Shown here: piece by piece, positions 49,401 to 62,600 of the stretch
How positions within the stretch are numbered: the stretch's first letter is position 1
How the letters are laid out: the number at the start of each line of letters is the position of its first letter
Assembly (NCBI RefSeq): GCF_001949145.1
Contig: NW_019091360.1
Span: 2,477,599-2,541,598 of the forward strand
From: Acanthaster planci
Lineage: Eukaryota
DNA length: 64,000 nt
Direction: 5' to 3'
The notes under the pieces: generated by a model
The model's database searches: none
Seen by the model: the letters and a program-made list of their open reading frames with translations, nothing else
What the model was told of the DNA's origin: nothing
Position numbers and translations under genes: made by a program

Positions 49401-49968
49401 CTGGTTAACAGGTTTCCTTGTTCACATAATTGTGGATTGGTTGCTATTTGCATCCTGTTCTCAAGAACGTTTAAACTAAGTCTTGATCTCTGTTGATGAA
49501 TTCAGTCGAGACGAAGTAGGCCTAAGTCATGAATACGTGAGCAAAGCACAACCTCACAGAGAAAAAAGTACTTAATTGAGGGATGGCATAGGGTTAACTA
49601 CGTAGACAGGCCAACACCTCGGCACTTTGTACCTATGAATTTTCCGCAATGATTTTCGCCTTATTGGACCAATTGCGGCCACAGTGGACTGAAGAGCGCT
49701 TTAATACCCACGATGTGCCTGCCAATTAAAGTACACCACATTCGGTTGACAGTCATGTCTAACTAGGTTCTTTATTTTTACTGACTTCCCGACATGCTCG
49801 AAGAATAGTGTTTGTTTCCCACTTTTTCCACTTTTGTTCGTTACCCCTACCATACTGATACCTAGAATTCAGGTAAGACGGAGGAGGGAGCTTTATGCGT
49901 TCAGGACAAATAAATACTCGGTATGAAGATCATATACTCAACACCAGCTTATTTGTCTGAGGATTTGT

Positions 49969-52900
49969 TTACAGTGTAGTGTTACAGTCGTCAAACATTT
50001 CCAGAAATATCTGAGGTATCTCCTGGGTTTTGTCCAATTTGACGCACAGTAGTCTCTCGGCATGACGAGCGCTAATAGTCCGAAGGTCGGTGATCTGTGA
50101 GCGGGGAAACAAAATAATGATATTTATGTGGGGATCAAAGCATAACTCGCTCAGGTCCCAGAGGAGGCCGTTCCTTAACGACGTAGTCAAGCTCGACTCA
50201 GGATTTCACTCGGTGAATATCTGTTTGGTTTCCCCAGCTTTTGTATTGGACTATAAAAGTGTAGTAATTAATAACCTAAGGAAACCTTGCTGTTGTACCA
50301 CTTCATAGGAAGGTGGGGGTGTTGTAATTACTGACAATTTATGACCGTACTTACTACTTATACAATTAAGTCAGTAGCAGTACTATAGGCCTGGGCCAGG
50401 TCTAAGTTTACAAGTGACTTTTATACATTTGTAAAGTTGTCAGCTTACAGTGGTAAACTCGCGTAATACATGTCGCAGGATTGCTGGGACCAGCGCTTAA
50501 AAAAGAACTTGAAAAATAAAGTAAAACAGACAGAAGAAGAGACTCGGAGCTTTTGAATTATCTCTTTATAATGACAGTAGCCAGTGCTATACTCTTCACG
50601 TTGTGGGTTGATTATTGTCACTGTTTGTGTGTAATTTTATGATCGTGTTCCCATGACGACTGGACCTTTGAGGCCTGTCGTATATTTGATTATGTTGTAG
50701 AACAATCATGTGATACCACGAACTCCTTCATATGGAAATGAGAGGGAGCAATTGTGCGATCTGGTAATGAGCTGCTTTTGTCATCAACCCTAACTTTTAT
50801 ACAACAAAGCTCTTGACGTTTATATAATCAATCTTTTATATGTGACCTATCCTGGAACTTTTATCTCCAATAGTTGATTTTCAGTCTCATGGACCCGAAT
50901 TAACCCCTAGCAATGGGAGAAGCTGGTCACAGCAACAATCTAAAGCTTTGAAGTCAACTGATTGGGCACATACCTTCATAAGAATTTTTGCCCAGTGCAC
51001 TGGCGTCTTTGGTCGTGTCTCATTGATGAAGTGCTGGAAGGCTGTCAGCAGTGTGTCCTGAAGCATTTCCACCGACTTAGTATCTTTAAGTCCAGGCCGG
51101 TCTATGGAAGAAACAGCGTGGAATTCAATCACACCACGGCTACAACACGCAGTTATATTGAAGTTGTAACGTTGTCCCTTTGTTTTATGAGGTTCTATCC
51201 TGATAGTTGTTCTGTGATAACCTACCACCAGCTATAAGTAGCACAGCTGCCAAGAGTGCCATTTCGGTTTCTGTCAGTTGCAGCCTGGCCAGACCCACGG
51301 CGAAGTCGAAGATGGGCTCTACAAGGTCGGCCAACGTGCCATGTTGTAACTCAGACTTGTCCAGAGGCATGCCGTTGGACAGAATCAGCAGCTGGGTGTC
51401 GGGATCATACTTCTGAGCGATCCTCAAGCACATGATCTCCATGCAGCATGACTTCAAGAGCAAGACCTGGTCTTCGTGGTCCAGCTGGAGAGGTTTTAAG
51501 AGAAAGCTTTAAAATGCTAGACCTTTTATTTTGATTACGAGTTAATTTGTAAATCAAATATTTGTAACTCAGATAAGGGGCCTGGTGTTATATTTATGCG
51601 TTGTGCTGACAAAGTTTGTTCTGTGTGAAAGCAGAAAAGCAGACTCAAGCAGGAACTGCTGAACTATGAATGTGGCATTCTGAGGATCCTAGTTTTCCCA
51701 CACAAAAGGTATCAAATTAACCTGGACATTTTACTATTTTAAAACTGAGACCTCCTGTATCATCATCTTGAATGGTCTCATCTGTTTCCATTGAAAGCAC
51801 ATCAACCAGGTACAATGGCCGTAAATATTCAAGGCACGCCTCGCAGAAGGCAAGATTTAATCCTAGATCATTTCTAGATCTGGAAAAACAAAACACCCCT
51901 CCCCTCCCCAAAAGGGGGAGAGGATGTCTTGAGGCATCAGACGTGTGTCCTTACCTCTTTGAATCCTGGTACCCTCTTGGCGAATTCTACCACCTTGACA
52001 ATGGAGGGGGTCATGATCTCGGCCAGGTTAAGTAAAGCACTCTTGTCATCCTCTGCCTTGGCCCTCTTGGTGTCAGGCTGGCCGTCCTACATTGAGAAAA
52101 GAAATGCAAAGCCTAGGGTTGAGTAAGAGGCATACCTTTGTTGAGAAAAAGGTTACAAAAAAGCAAACTTCTTGTCTAGTTAGTCATGTAACTTTGTTTA
52201 CTGTATGATTTCCCCGCCCCTTTGTTCAAATAGTTATTGAATACTTGTGGGTAACGTTGCTATTTAATTATTTTAAGCTTCTTTGTAATGGCAAAACCGT
52301 TTCTAATTATCTATATTTGTAACCCTGTTCGTTTCAGCTGCTGGCTGCAAGTCATGTTTTTAGTAAACCAATTTGAACCAAGCATTTGATCTAAGGTTTA
52401 TCTGGTACCTCTTCCGAGGAGGTGGAGTTTCTCCTGAACAGGTAGGTGGTGTCCTGGTGCGCCACCAGTATGGCTTTGATGAGATTCTCTTCGGCCTCAG
52501 TTAGCCGGCTGGCCAGCAGCAATCCACTCTGTCGCAGCATCTCTTCCCGTGTTCGCTTCTCCCTATTCTCTTGGATCAGTCGCCTCTTGGCTCTCCTCTG
52601 GTTCTCATTTAGAACCACTGTGAAGGACGACAGAAAACAGACAAGTTAAGAAATCCACGAACAGGAAGAAGGCACCGAGAATGGAGGAGGAACTAAAACT
52701 GCATTCATACGAGTACTCTTGTCAGTCATGGAAGCGAATCCCGTCAGTAATCCACCGATTACCTCTTATAACTTCCTATATTTCTAATATGACGCACTTC
52801 ATGCTTTGTAAAGAAGGATTAGATTTCCAGGACTGAGTATCTAGGAAATTAACTGATTCGACTGTGCTTGACGGGACTTGTTAAGTGTATAGCGCTACTG

Positions 52901-53694
52901 GGTGGCTTGAAAGACAAACGAATCAGTCAAAAGCTTGTCATGGCTTGTTTAAAAGTGACTATAATCCAAAGGAGCCACTACATGTACATAAGAAGTGCAG
53001 ATGAACTCACGATCGGGTGCCATGCCAACGTTGATGCATTTCTTATACCGGCACTGCTGACATTGGTTCCTGGTGGTCTTGTCGATTACACACTCTTCGT
53101 TCCATTTGCAGTAATAGCTCAGATTCTTTTGCACTGTCCTTCGGAAGAAACCCTATTTACAACGAAATGATTAAAGTGTTCGATTTGTTTAAATGAAAAC
53201 AAGATTCGATGGCAATCGTGGGAAATCCTCCATGCGAGAGCGCCCAAAACTAACTGTTATAAATAATTACACATAGGTACCTTTATTTTTTAAGGTTCTG
53301 TTAACATTTGAGTTCTAAACTACAGGCAATCACAAAAACGCGTTGGAATGTTAAACACCTTGCTGATTCCTCAAGGAAGTGGTGCTCCTGAGATCGGCAT
53401 GTCTTTTCAACATTGTACATGTACTTAACACATTAAGAAAAGCACCGGTTAAAATAGGTTTTGTCAATGTGTTTTTTGTTCTTTAATATTAACAGTTTCT
53501 TCTGTTTGAGTGTCGATATAAAAGTGTATATAAGCTATCGCCACGGACAGACTGGAACGTCTACCCTCGTTCCCATACCTTGCAGCCTTCGCACGTCATG
53601 CACCGGTAGTGATAGCCAGTCGCCGCGTCCCCGCACACCACACAAGGCTCGGGCCCATTACTCAGGTCCATGTAGCTTGGGATGTAGGGAGTGC
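49969..53694 (-). CDS. THR: Thyroid hormone receptor (NR1A), seven exons covering DBD, hinge and LBD; 5' exon(s) not located
   Basis: Phase-consistent exons: 53694-53579 ([38 protein letters not shown]), 53152-53011 ([38 protein letters not shown]), 52617-52409 ([22 protein letters not shown]..), 52086-51955 (..[21 protein letters not shown]), 51484-51226 ([31 protein letters not shown]), 51101-50974 ([13 protein letters not shown]), 50094-49969 ([30 protein letters not shown]). YIPSY, GYHYRC, the A-box AKRRLIxENR and CCMEIM are TR signatures. Confidence 0.95.
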
Positions 53695-56600
53695 CTATGC
53701 AGGAAGAGAGTAAGATTATAGCATTAATCAACCATGCCCAATCCAACAAGATTATTACGTAAACATCGAGAGTAAAGGTTAAGTTCGCTCAATGCAACTA
53801 CCTTTTTCCACCGAAAAAACAAGAGATATACCGGTAACTGTGTATTAAACAAACTAGTCTTGAATAAAGTAAAGCTTGTATGGATAACCATTCTTTGATT
53901 TTGGTTAAGCTAAGAAAGTGGAGAAAGAATGGATACAGTCTTATGAATAATCTGATATGCAACGGTAGGATATCCATCCCGCCGTGCGTCGGAGACAGCC
54001 TAATGCTAGAATCGAACTGGAATGCTTAAAAAATATGTGAGACCTAGAGTATGTAAGGATACACGACCTGTGACGGTAGCCAGTACATTTCATAGAAACA
54101 ATCCTTTTTTTTCGTGCATCGTCGGGTCAACAATTAGTCAGTCAAAGCGACTTTCACGAGACTGACGTTAATATTTCATGCAATATGTTTTGTTTTTGAA
54201 GTCACCCCGAAATAAGAAATAATTTCTGTGAACAAATGAACAAATTTCAATCCGAGTTACTTGTGTATTTGGCGTTTTAATAAAAAAGAGAGCTAACACT
54301 ACATCTTTAAAAGTCCTAGTTCTGTCTATTTATGGATGAACAAGTGTGACAGAATTCCACTGTCGCATCTGGCGGTATCTAGGAAGTTTGTTCGCTTTGG
54401 GTTTAAGGGTTGGGTTACTCCGTGCGTTCCAACGCCTATCTATATGTACGTTTTTGAGTGCGTTGCGTACACGATGCGTTCGTGTATTTCATTTTCACGG
54501 ACACAAAAACTCTACATTAATTAACATAACACGTGTGCGTTGCGTTTGTCAGTCAAAATCGCTTCGGGGGCCATTTTGACAGATACGCGCAACACTTGGC
54601 GCCAGTGTTGACGCGCATATGCAAAGGCACCCTTAAACAGCTCCTCGCACTTGCCCAGGCTGGATTCGAACACCACCTGTCGGTGTCGTTCGTTTTTTCT
54701 TTCTTCCACGCGCTCATCCGTCACGTCACTCATTGAACTATGTCCAACCCTACGGTCAGTCAACTCCAACAATTAACCGTCTGAGCCAGATAACACGATC
54801 TCATGAACTGTCGGTAGTATTTGTGCAAATGATAAAATGAACAAATAATGGAGAATCAAGGTGTGGAGCCCACGAAACCGTGCACGAAGTTAACGCGTGA
54901 ATCCGGCGAAAACATGTCACTGCACTAAAACGTTACATACAAGGGGTGTAATTTAGACATTACATGTTCGTAGAGGCTGAAGCGACAAAAGGTGCATAAA
55001 TCCTGGGAGATATGGAGAGGACATCCCGCACACCTACACACAGGCACTTTTTGACCAGGGGATGAAAAGTTTTATCATCCCCCTCCCCCGGCCTTTGATA
55101 GTGAGAAACAAAACGCAGATTTGCTAAACTTTATTTATAATTTTACAGTAGCCACGATGGAGGATGTTAAAACTCTCATGGTGCAACCATCGTGGAAACA
55201 ATTTTGAGCGTACCCATTGATGTACACTGGCGGTAACCTAACGGCCACTTGCCCCAGTCGTTCTTACGCAGTAAAACATGATAGGGGCCTATTTTTACCT
55301 GCATTCTGCAGGGTACTTGAGGGCACTCATTAACCTTCATTTTCATGTGGTCGTGTTGAATGGTTAATAGTGTATTTTGCGTTGGGTGTAATCTCAATGC
55401 ATGTCGCAATGATATTATGGTTACTACTTGCACAACCACTGTGAATTTAGACACATTATAAGAGCAGCGCGGTGTATGTACCGGTCCTACCGGAACAGAT
55501 CTGCAGCTTACAAAAGCACTACATGTAGCAGTGGCAGTAATGTGCTGGTAATGGTGCGTAAAGAGGTTATCTGCCTCAGTGATATGGTTCTATACACCGT
55601 ATATCCGTTGGACAGTGCATGATGGGTGAAGGACGGTTGTTAACTTTGTTGATTATCTTCACTCTTCACAAAGTTCACGCATTATTCGTTCTGATGTGAG
55701 TGATTCCAGTTTCCAAATGCCCTCAAACCAATCTCTTTTCGTTTTCTGTCCGTCTCTTTAACGCTAGGCACATTCGCAGTTATTTTCTCAAAATTCTGAT
55801 CTGCAAGTGTTTCAAACGAAAAACATATAAAAAGTGCCTTTTACGGAAAACTGAATGACAGAAAATTAGATAATGACCCACATATGTCAGTTTCCTAGTA
55901 CAACTTAATTTAAAGGGGATCATCTCGAAAAGGAGGACAACAGTCATGAAATAGCCAAAACGTATATAGGCCTAATGACTGTCAAAGTAGTGTCCTACAT
56001 GTAGCTTTAGCCTCACCCACTGTTTCTCTGGGTAAAAATATCCACGGAGTGAACAAATGTCGACAGTATAGTAGAGTTACATGTTGAGCAGAAATGCACT
56101 TAGTCTTCAGCCAATTTTAAATTTCATTCTCTTGAGTTGTCTGTCAAGACCAATGCATTCATTTGTTGTCAAGCCCCCCCCCAAAAAAAAAAATCAAAAA
56201 CAGAGAACATCTTCGGGAAATGCCTTGAACCGAGACTATAGTAGTGTGGCTAGTGTCCTTGAGCAGGTGACAAATCCAGTGCATCGAAGTCGCCTACAGC
56301 GCGTCCAACCCTGGCCCAACCAAATTGAACCTAATGGAATGAGCCTGCTAAAATGTCCCAAGCCAATTACGTAACGTCCTGCACCAACCGGCAAGCTAGT
56401 CACATGAGGGGAACTGGATGGGCCCGTGGCGACGATTGCACCCATTTTGGAAAATTGTGAACATATATACCTCAACAATAGTAAGGAATCACTAATTTTC
56501 CACATTAAACTTCTGCAAAAGAACAGAATGCAAAAGCTACATTGAAAGTTTAAGTCCAGTTTGGTATCGTTTGGATCCGATTTATTCGATTAACTGCACA

Positions 56601-59600
56601 CAATTAAAACCAAGTGTAAATGAGCATGTAATAAGTTACACTGTTTAACAGCACTCCAATCTGGTGTCGACATAATAATAACATGCAGTAATGTTTCCAT
56701 TGATAGCAACATCGTAGTACCGTGGATTTTTCGACATCGAATAAAATATTCAACAAAAATTTAGACACGTGAAATGAGTTTAAAATGAGCTTGCTTCAAA
56801 ATCATCGTTGCGGAAAATAAAATCTTGAATGTTTAAACAGCTGCTGTTTAAAACTTAATGGAAGTGAATAAATTACGTTTGGAGAGCAGCAAATTGTTTT
56901 AATATTTCTCATGCGCCCTCAATTTGCATTTGGACCCGAATTGGACGTTTCTCACTGTTGTCTCAGATTTTTGTCGCTTTTCTATCTCAATAAGAGGCTT
57001 GTAACTTTGTGTGTGTGTATATATATATATATTTAAAAGACGTAGTTCAAAACTTTATATATATATAAAATTGTTTCACTGACAAATCTGTGCATTTATC
57101 AACGACAGTTAAACAGCCCGAGGTATTTCAAACAAGTAACTTTTCCTAACTCAAAGTTGTTTTAAACCGTTTTCTTTAAGCTGCCCAAATTGCTTAATAC
57201 GGTCGCCCCTTAAAATGTTTAATAATTTTGCCCTAGTAAAACAGCGGCCATGTTCAAACTTTGAGCAACATATTTAAATATTCATAAAAGTGTACGGCAA
57301 CTAACGAACTCCTCCAAACTGCATGTTTTCGAGCACACGGGCAGGTTGTAATAATTGAGAATTGATAATAATTGATATTTTTGTTACGTTGCTGCATGAC
57401 AACCATAAAAATATAAACTATACTGTGTAGCACAAATGCGAGTAAACATCTAACACACTAAAAAGGTAAATCTACAGCTGTGAAGTCGCGCCACAGTTAT
57501 GGAAATACATGTAGTTTACGTGGGTTCATGTATGGAGGTGGTCCATGTTAGCATGCATGATATGATCCAAGTGAAATGTAGAAAATGTTCCCTACTAGCA
57601 CGGCACATGGAAGCCAAGAATGATTCAGCTGCTTGTCCTCATAGCATTAGGCGGGTCAGGGACATCCACCTACGACCAAATAAAAACTTGTTTGCGGTAA
57701 TTCATTTCAAAGCCCTTCTTGAAAGGTCCGAAGTGTTTCTTGCTAAATACAGATAACTCAAATCACAATGGCCGTCCAAATGAAATGACACGTGCACGCT
57801 ACATTACAAACGAACAATCAAGTGGCATCACACTGATGGGGCTAATTTATGATTAAAGGTAAAACGCACATCGTAATGGTGGAGAAACATTACTATTTAG
57901 TGCAGCATTCCCTGTACTCGGCAGATCGATTCCTGCTGTTCGCGTTACGTAACAGAGCTTAAAGCGGTAAAGCTCGGCAACAGTAGACCACATTTTGTTT
58001 GCATGGGTTCAGAATCTTAAACCCTTTGTTACGAACCAAAGCAGGTTCGTGTATTGAGGGATGGGGGGGCTGGGTACTACTCTGCAACATGCCTTTTGTT
58101 CCGTCATTCTGTTGTCTCTGTTTACAATGCATTCTAATCAGGTGTGTCAAGCTTTGCACGCAGACATTGCATGGTCTGTAGAGGCTGGTAACCCCATAAG
58201 GTCAACGGGGGGCCCAGGCTTCCATGGCGCCCAATGCACTCGGCCAAGGCTGCGGGATTACATTCGAAGAAATGCCGAGGAACCACGAAATATATTTGTA
58301 CAAGAAAATAGTAAGAGCAAATGTTACCACTTGGCTGGTATTATTCAAAACGTATTTCAATGTACTGTCGATGGTTTCGATTTTGAAAAATGTTGGTTTT
58401 TTCAGCTGTGGCCTTTGTCACCAAACAAGCACTTGCTTTCGTTATTTGAGACTTGTTAACAATAGTTCGGAAAGAATGCCTCATTGTACAAAAATATGAA
58501 ACAAATACCAAGGAAATTGCGAGAAAGCACGAGCTAAATGACTATAGCCGATTTTTAATACGTTTCCCGCATACTGTAACACAAAACATGAAAGAAACTG
58601 GCAACAACCCTGCAACGATTGAAAAAGAATTGAGCCTACATTTGGGATTCATTGTTCAGGACAATACTGGCTAGTCCTCCAAAAAATGTAATTAGTGTAT
58701 AGAACCATTTTATGAGGAATAAAACTGTGGTTATTAAGTACGGAAGTGCGTCCAACTAGTCTCTAGAACAATCTTACACATAATACATGCCCTGCATGAC
58801 ACTAAATTTTCAAAATGACGTATACAAACCATTTTCCAGCCATGAATTTTCATTTGATTTTGTCATTGTTGGAACTACCCTCGGTCTGTACCTGGAATCC
58901 ATGTACATACAATCGTAACCAGATGCACGCATTATGTAACCGGCAAAATATTAACCAATTTCGAGGAAAATGGCCCTGACTGTATAGGCCTTGCCAAGTC
59001 GTTGCCCTGGCAAACAGCCTTCCACCAACACCCACTCATTATATGCAGGTGTTAGTCAACAACTACACGTGCTGTACATATACATTTATGTACAGTACAT
59101 GTACATTTACCTTTGTCGCTCTCGGACAACAGAGAAAAATGAAATGAAAACTGGACTTTGAAAGAATTTATAACTATCATTTATGGACTATAATTTATGG
59201 ACTATAATTTTTGCACAGTTTCTAGGAATTTTTGACATTTCTGAAATGAAACACCTTAGTTGTATTTGAAAGTTCATCTCTCTGTAGGAAAGGAGAATCA
59301 CGCAAAAACAGTTGAGTGCAGCCTGAAACAAAAGTTTTCGATGTCCTCGACAAAAACAGAGCAATTATCTTTTAAAAGTCAATCCGTCAAATGCTCCTTT
59401 TTTGAGATGGGGGCTCGGGGAAGGGTGGATCCCCCACGCATGAGAAAAGTCTGTCACTTTCGCATCATGCCGAGTAATTTCTTTATTGAGGTGAACAACG
59501 CGGTCCCGACATCGGCTGTATCCACTGTCTTTGTTGATAAAGCATTATCGTGTGAACAAGTTTTCTTGACACCCTATTAGGTCAGCGGCGGTTTGGATTG

Positions 59601-62600
59601 GATTTTTTGAGAACGGCGGGCAGCTAGTCACAGATGGCTGTTGTTGGAACTCGAAGGTTACTCGAAAGTCACAGTTTCTTGTGTTTTGGGGTTGTGTTTT
59701 TTGTTTTATTTTGATTGTACGTGAAAAATCGGAAAAAAGTTGTCTTTTAACCGAAAGTCTTCTCAGAATGCCAACATGCCCACCATCACTGCTAGTGAAT
59801 TTTCTAACCAGAAATCATCAAAGGGTAGCAATAAGCTAAATGCGGAGTACGTTGGTCAGGTCTTGATCGGCTGCTATGGCCTAAACGCTACGTATATATT
59901 TTTCAGAAGTAGAGACGAGTCAAAAATCAAGCCAGAAAATTTGAAAATTGAAGTTGCGTTAAACTTTTAGCTTATAGTTGCAGGTACACGCAGTCCGATT
60001 TACCGCCAAAGGCTAAACAAAATGGATGGCAAACTCTCATAGCCTGATCATGGTGCGAGTGTCAGTGTAATATAATTTTGTTTTCAATGACACCATTGCC
60101 ATAATTATTGGGCATGCTGTCTTATAATGCGCGGGTGTATGGGTGTGTGAGTTACGTAACCACTTCAAATATTAGAGTTACTTCCGAGAAATGTGTCCTG
60201 ACTCGACCTTGGAAGGTTGTTATGCGGGTCGCAGGCAAAGTCCTTCAAAAACCACCAACGCTCCCAGTAATATTCTTCTTTTTAATACATATACATGTAA
60301 TAACGCCCACTACGCTTCTGTGTGGGTGCAGCCTGGAAAAGTGGAAAAAGACCACGGGTAGAACTGAGAACTGATGAAAAGTTCGGTCCTTCATACACTC
60401 CTTGAAAGACACGTCTTTTCGAATGACTTCAGCCCGATTAATCAAATGAGAGTTGCTCGTTAGATCTTTTCAACATAACTCTTCAAGCACCCAGATACTG
60501 AGCAACATTGGTTGAAGTGTTGGGCTCAGTAAAAGAAACATTAATTAACTTTGGATCTTCCCCCCCCACACACACCCATACAGTATATTTACATTTTTTT
60601 TAATTTCTAGATCTTCGAAAAAGCAAGGGAGACTAGAATAGCAGTGTTACTAAAGCAGCCTTCAAACCAAACAACCATTCACATGGCACAGCGGATATCG
60701 AATTGGCTGTTACATCACCTTTTATTCGGAATAAGGAAAGATGGAACTTGCAAAACTGACAAAAAAAAAACAAAAACAGTGCAACAACTACTCGCGTTTC
60801 TGGCAGAAAAATCACGGCCAACCGCACCCGCCCGTAGCTCCAGATCAAGTGTATATTGTCGATGTCCGCCTATTACGAGGGCAAGCGCCAACTTGGCTCC
60901 CGCCAGGTTGATCAGGCGCAGACTGCCAAGGTTAGCCCTCTCCTTTGTGGAGGCGGATTGGAAATGCGGTCCGTTTCCATTGCTCTGTCAAGTCAATGAT
61001 TCATCGAATACTACGGGAATTGTTCATCGAATACTACCACGCACATTGTGCAAGATATCCCAAGATAAGATTAATATCTTTCAAAATACTACGGCCTCGG
61101 AGAGCTTATTTCTTGATTCCTATTTCAAAGATGTAACGCATGCAAATCTGGCGTTTTTCCGGGTGGTGTCCATGGAACTTTTTTCCATTGCGTTTTTTAC
61201 TGTTTACCTCCCCCAACACTGAAAACTACTCCCACTTGATTGCCCCCTTTTAGTTTTACGTCGAGTGACTGAGAGACAAAACATTTTAGGCACAATGCTC
61301 CCCCTCTCGCGCCTTTTGAGAAACTAATTCTGCTACGATATCGCCGCCCGTGGAACGTTCCGGAGTCTTTTCGTTTATTGCCAAAGAACAAAGCCGTTAA
61401 TGAAGTCGGAGCCTCAGCCGAAGTCGATATTTTAAAATTTTGTGGTCCTCTTATGTGTCGATTTCGTTTTATTTTGGGTAGTCCCAACAGTCATCAAAGA
61501 ACTGCTCTCCTTTGGGGACCTGGATTAAGTTGTAAAAAATACAGTGTGAAGAAACGGGCTCATAAACACAATACGTTATCGTATTTTCATATTTATATTT
61601 TCATAAGAATATGTATTTGAATTCCTGTCCGATTTCACTTGAACCTCCAGTATTCCATATTTTTTGGGTTGTTGGTTAATAAAAAAATAACAAACTCAAC
61701 CACTTAACAAGTATCATCATCTTGAAAATTTTAGACCCAGTCGCCCTGAAGTGTTTCACAGTCCTGTGTATTGTTTAGCAGAAAACAATCAGTTTTCGTA
61801 AGTACAGAAGTAAACTATAACAGTGAAAAAGTTCCAAGTTACGTGTTAGTAATTTTGTTAGTAGTAGTTTACAATATATTAAGTATTACGTTTTACAACT
61901 GACAGAATTAGCTGCATTGTTCAGGCATGTATTTTATATAATGAGATTTATTGCCGGTCAGGCCACATTCAGTTGTAACCGTTGGATCACCATCAGTTTA
62001 TTTGATACCACTTGATGATGTTTGTTAACTCTGGCATTAACTACATCTCACGCCTTGCAGGCCTTTTCCTTGCCTTCGAGTTAACCAAGGTTACTGTGAA
62101 GTCACTTGTTTTCCCCACGAACATCGACGTTTCCAATGCATTTGTTTTTTTTACAAAATACGCACGCATCCGGAAAGATGTGATTGTGATAACCAATCGT
62201 AAGACAAGGAACAGGAAAAATAAAAAAGTGCTCATTTTATTTATCAATTAAAACTTTCTAGAATAAAGATGGCGCAATATTCTCAAGAGCGACTCAGGTT
62301 TTCAGTTATGACGTGTACTACATGACCGATTGGACATGTGTACAATGTACACATCATTTTTTGACGTCTAAACTCACCTTCACAACAATTTCAAGCGTAA
62401 TGTCTCGAAAAAGAAGTCCTTTAGTGTGTTTATGAAATTCTACACTAGAATGAGCTCTGCAATTTAGTAGTTTCACGGGATGACCATGCACGGGTTTGGT
62501 TAAGTAAAGTTATCCATAATGTGCTCTATAAGACTAAGTGCACAGAACATTTGGACAAAAAAGAAAAGAAACTGATAATTCTAGGAAATTAATCCACCTT

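Noticed and set aside
59567..59584. Possible everted-repeat thyroid response element TGACAC-N6-AGGTCA upstream of THR
   Set aside because: One half-site has two mismatches; a match this weak is expected by chance in 10 kb.
62372..62460. Strong minus-strand donor (AAG|gtgagt) as the first coding exon of THR
   Set aside because: The frame needed to join the phase-1 exon at 53694 has a stop a few codons upstream. It could be a UTR exon, but I cannot support that.
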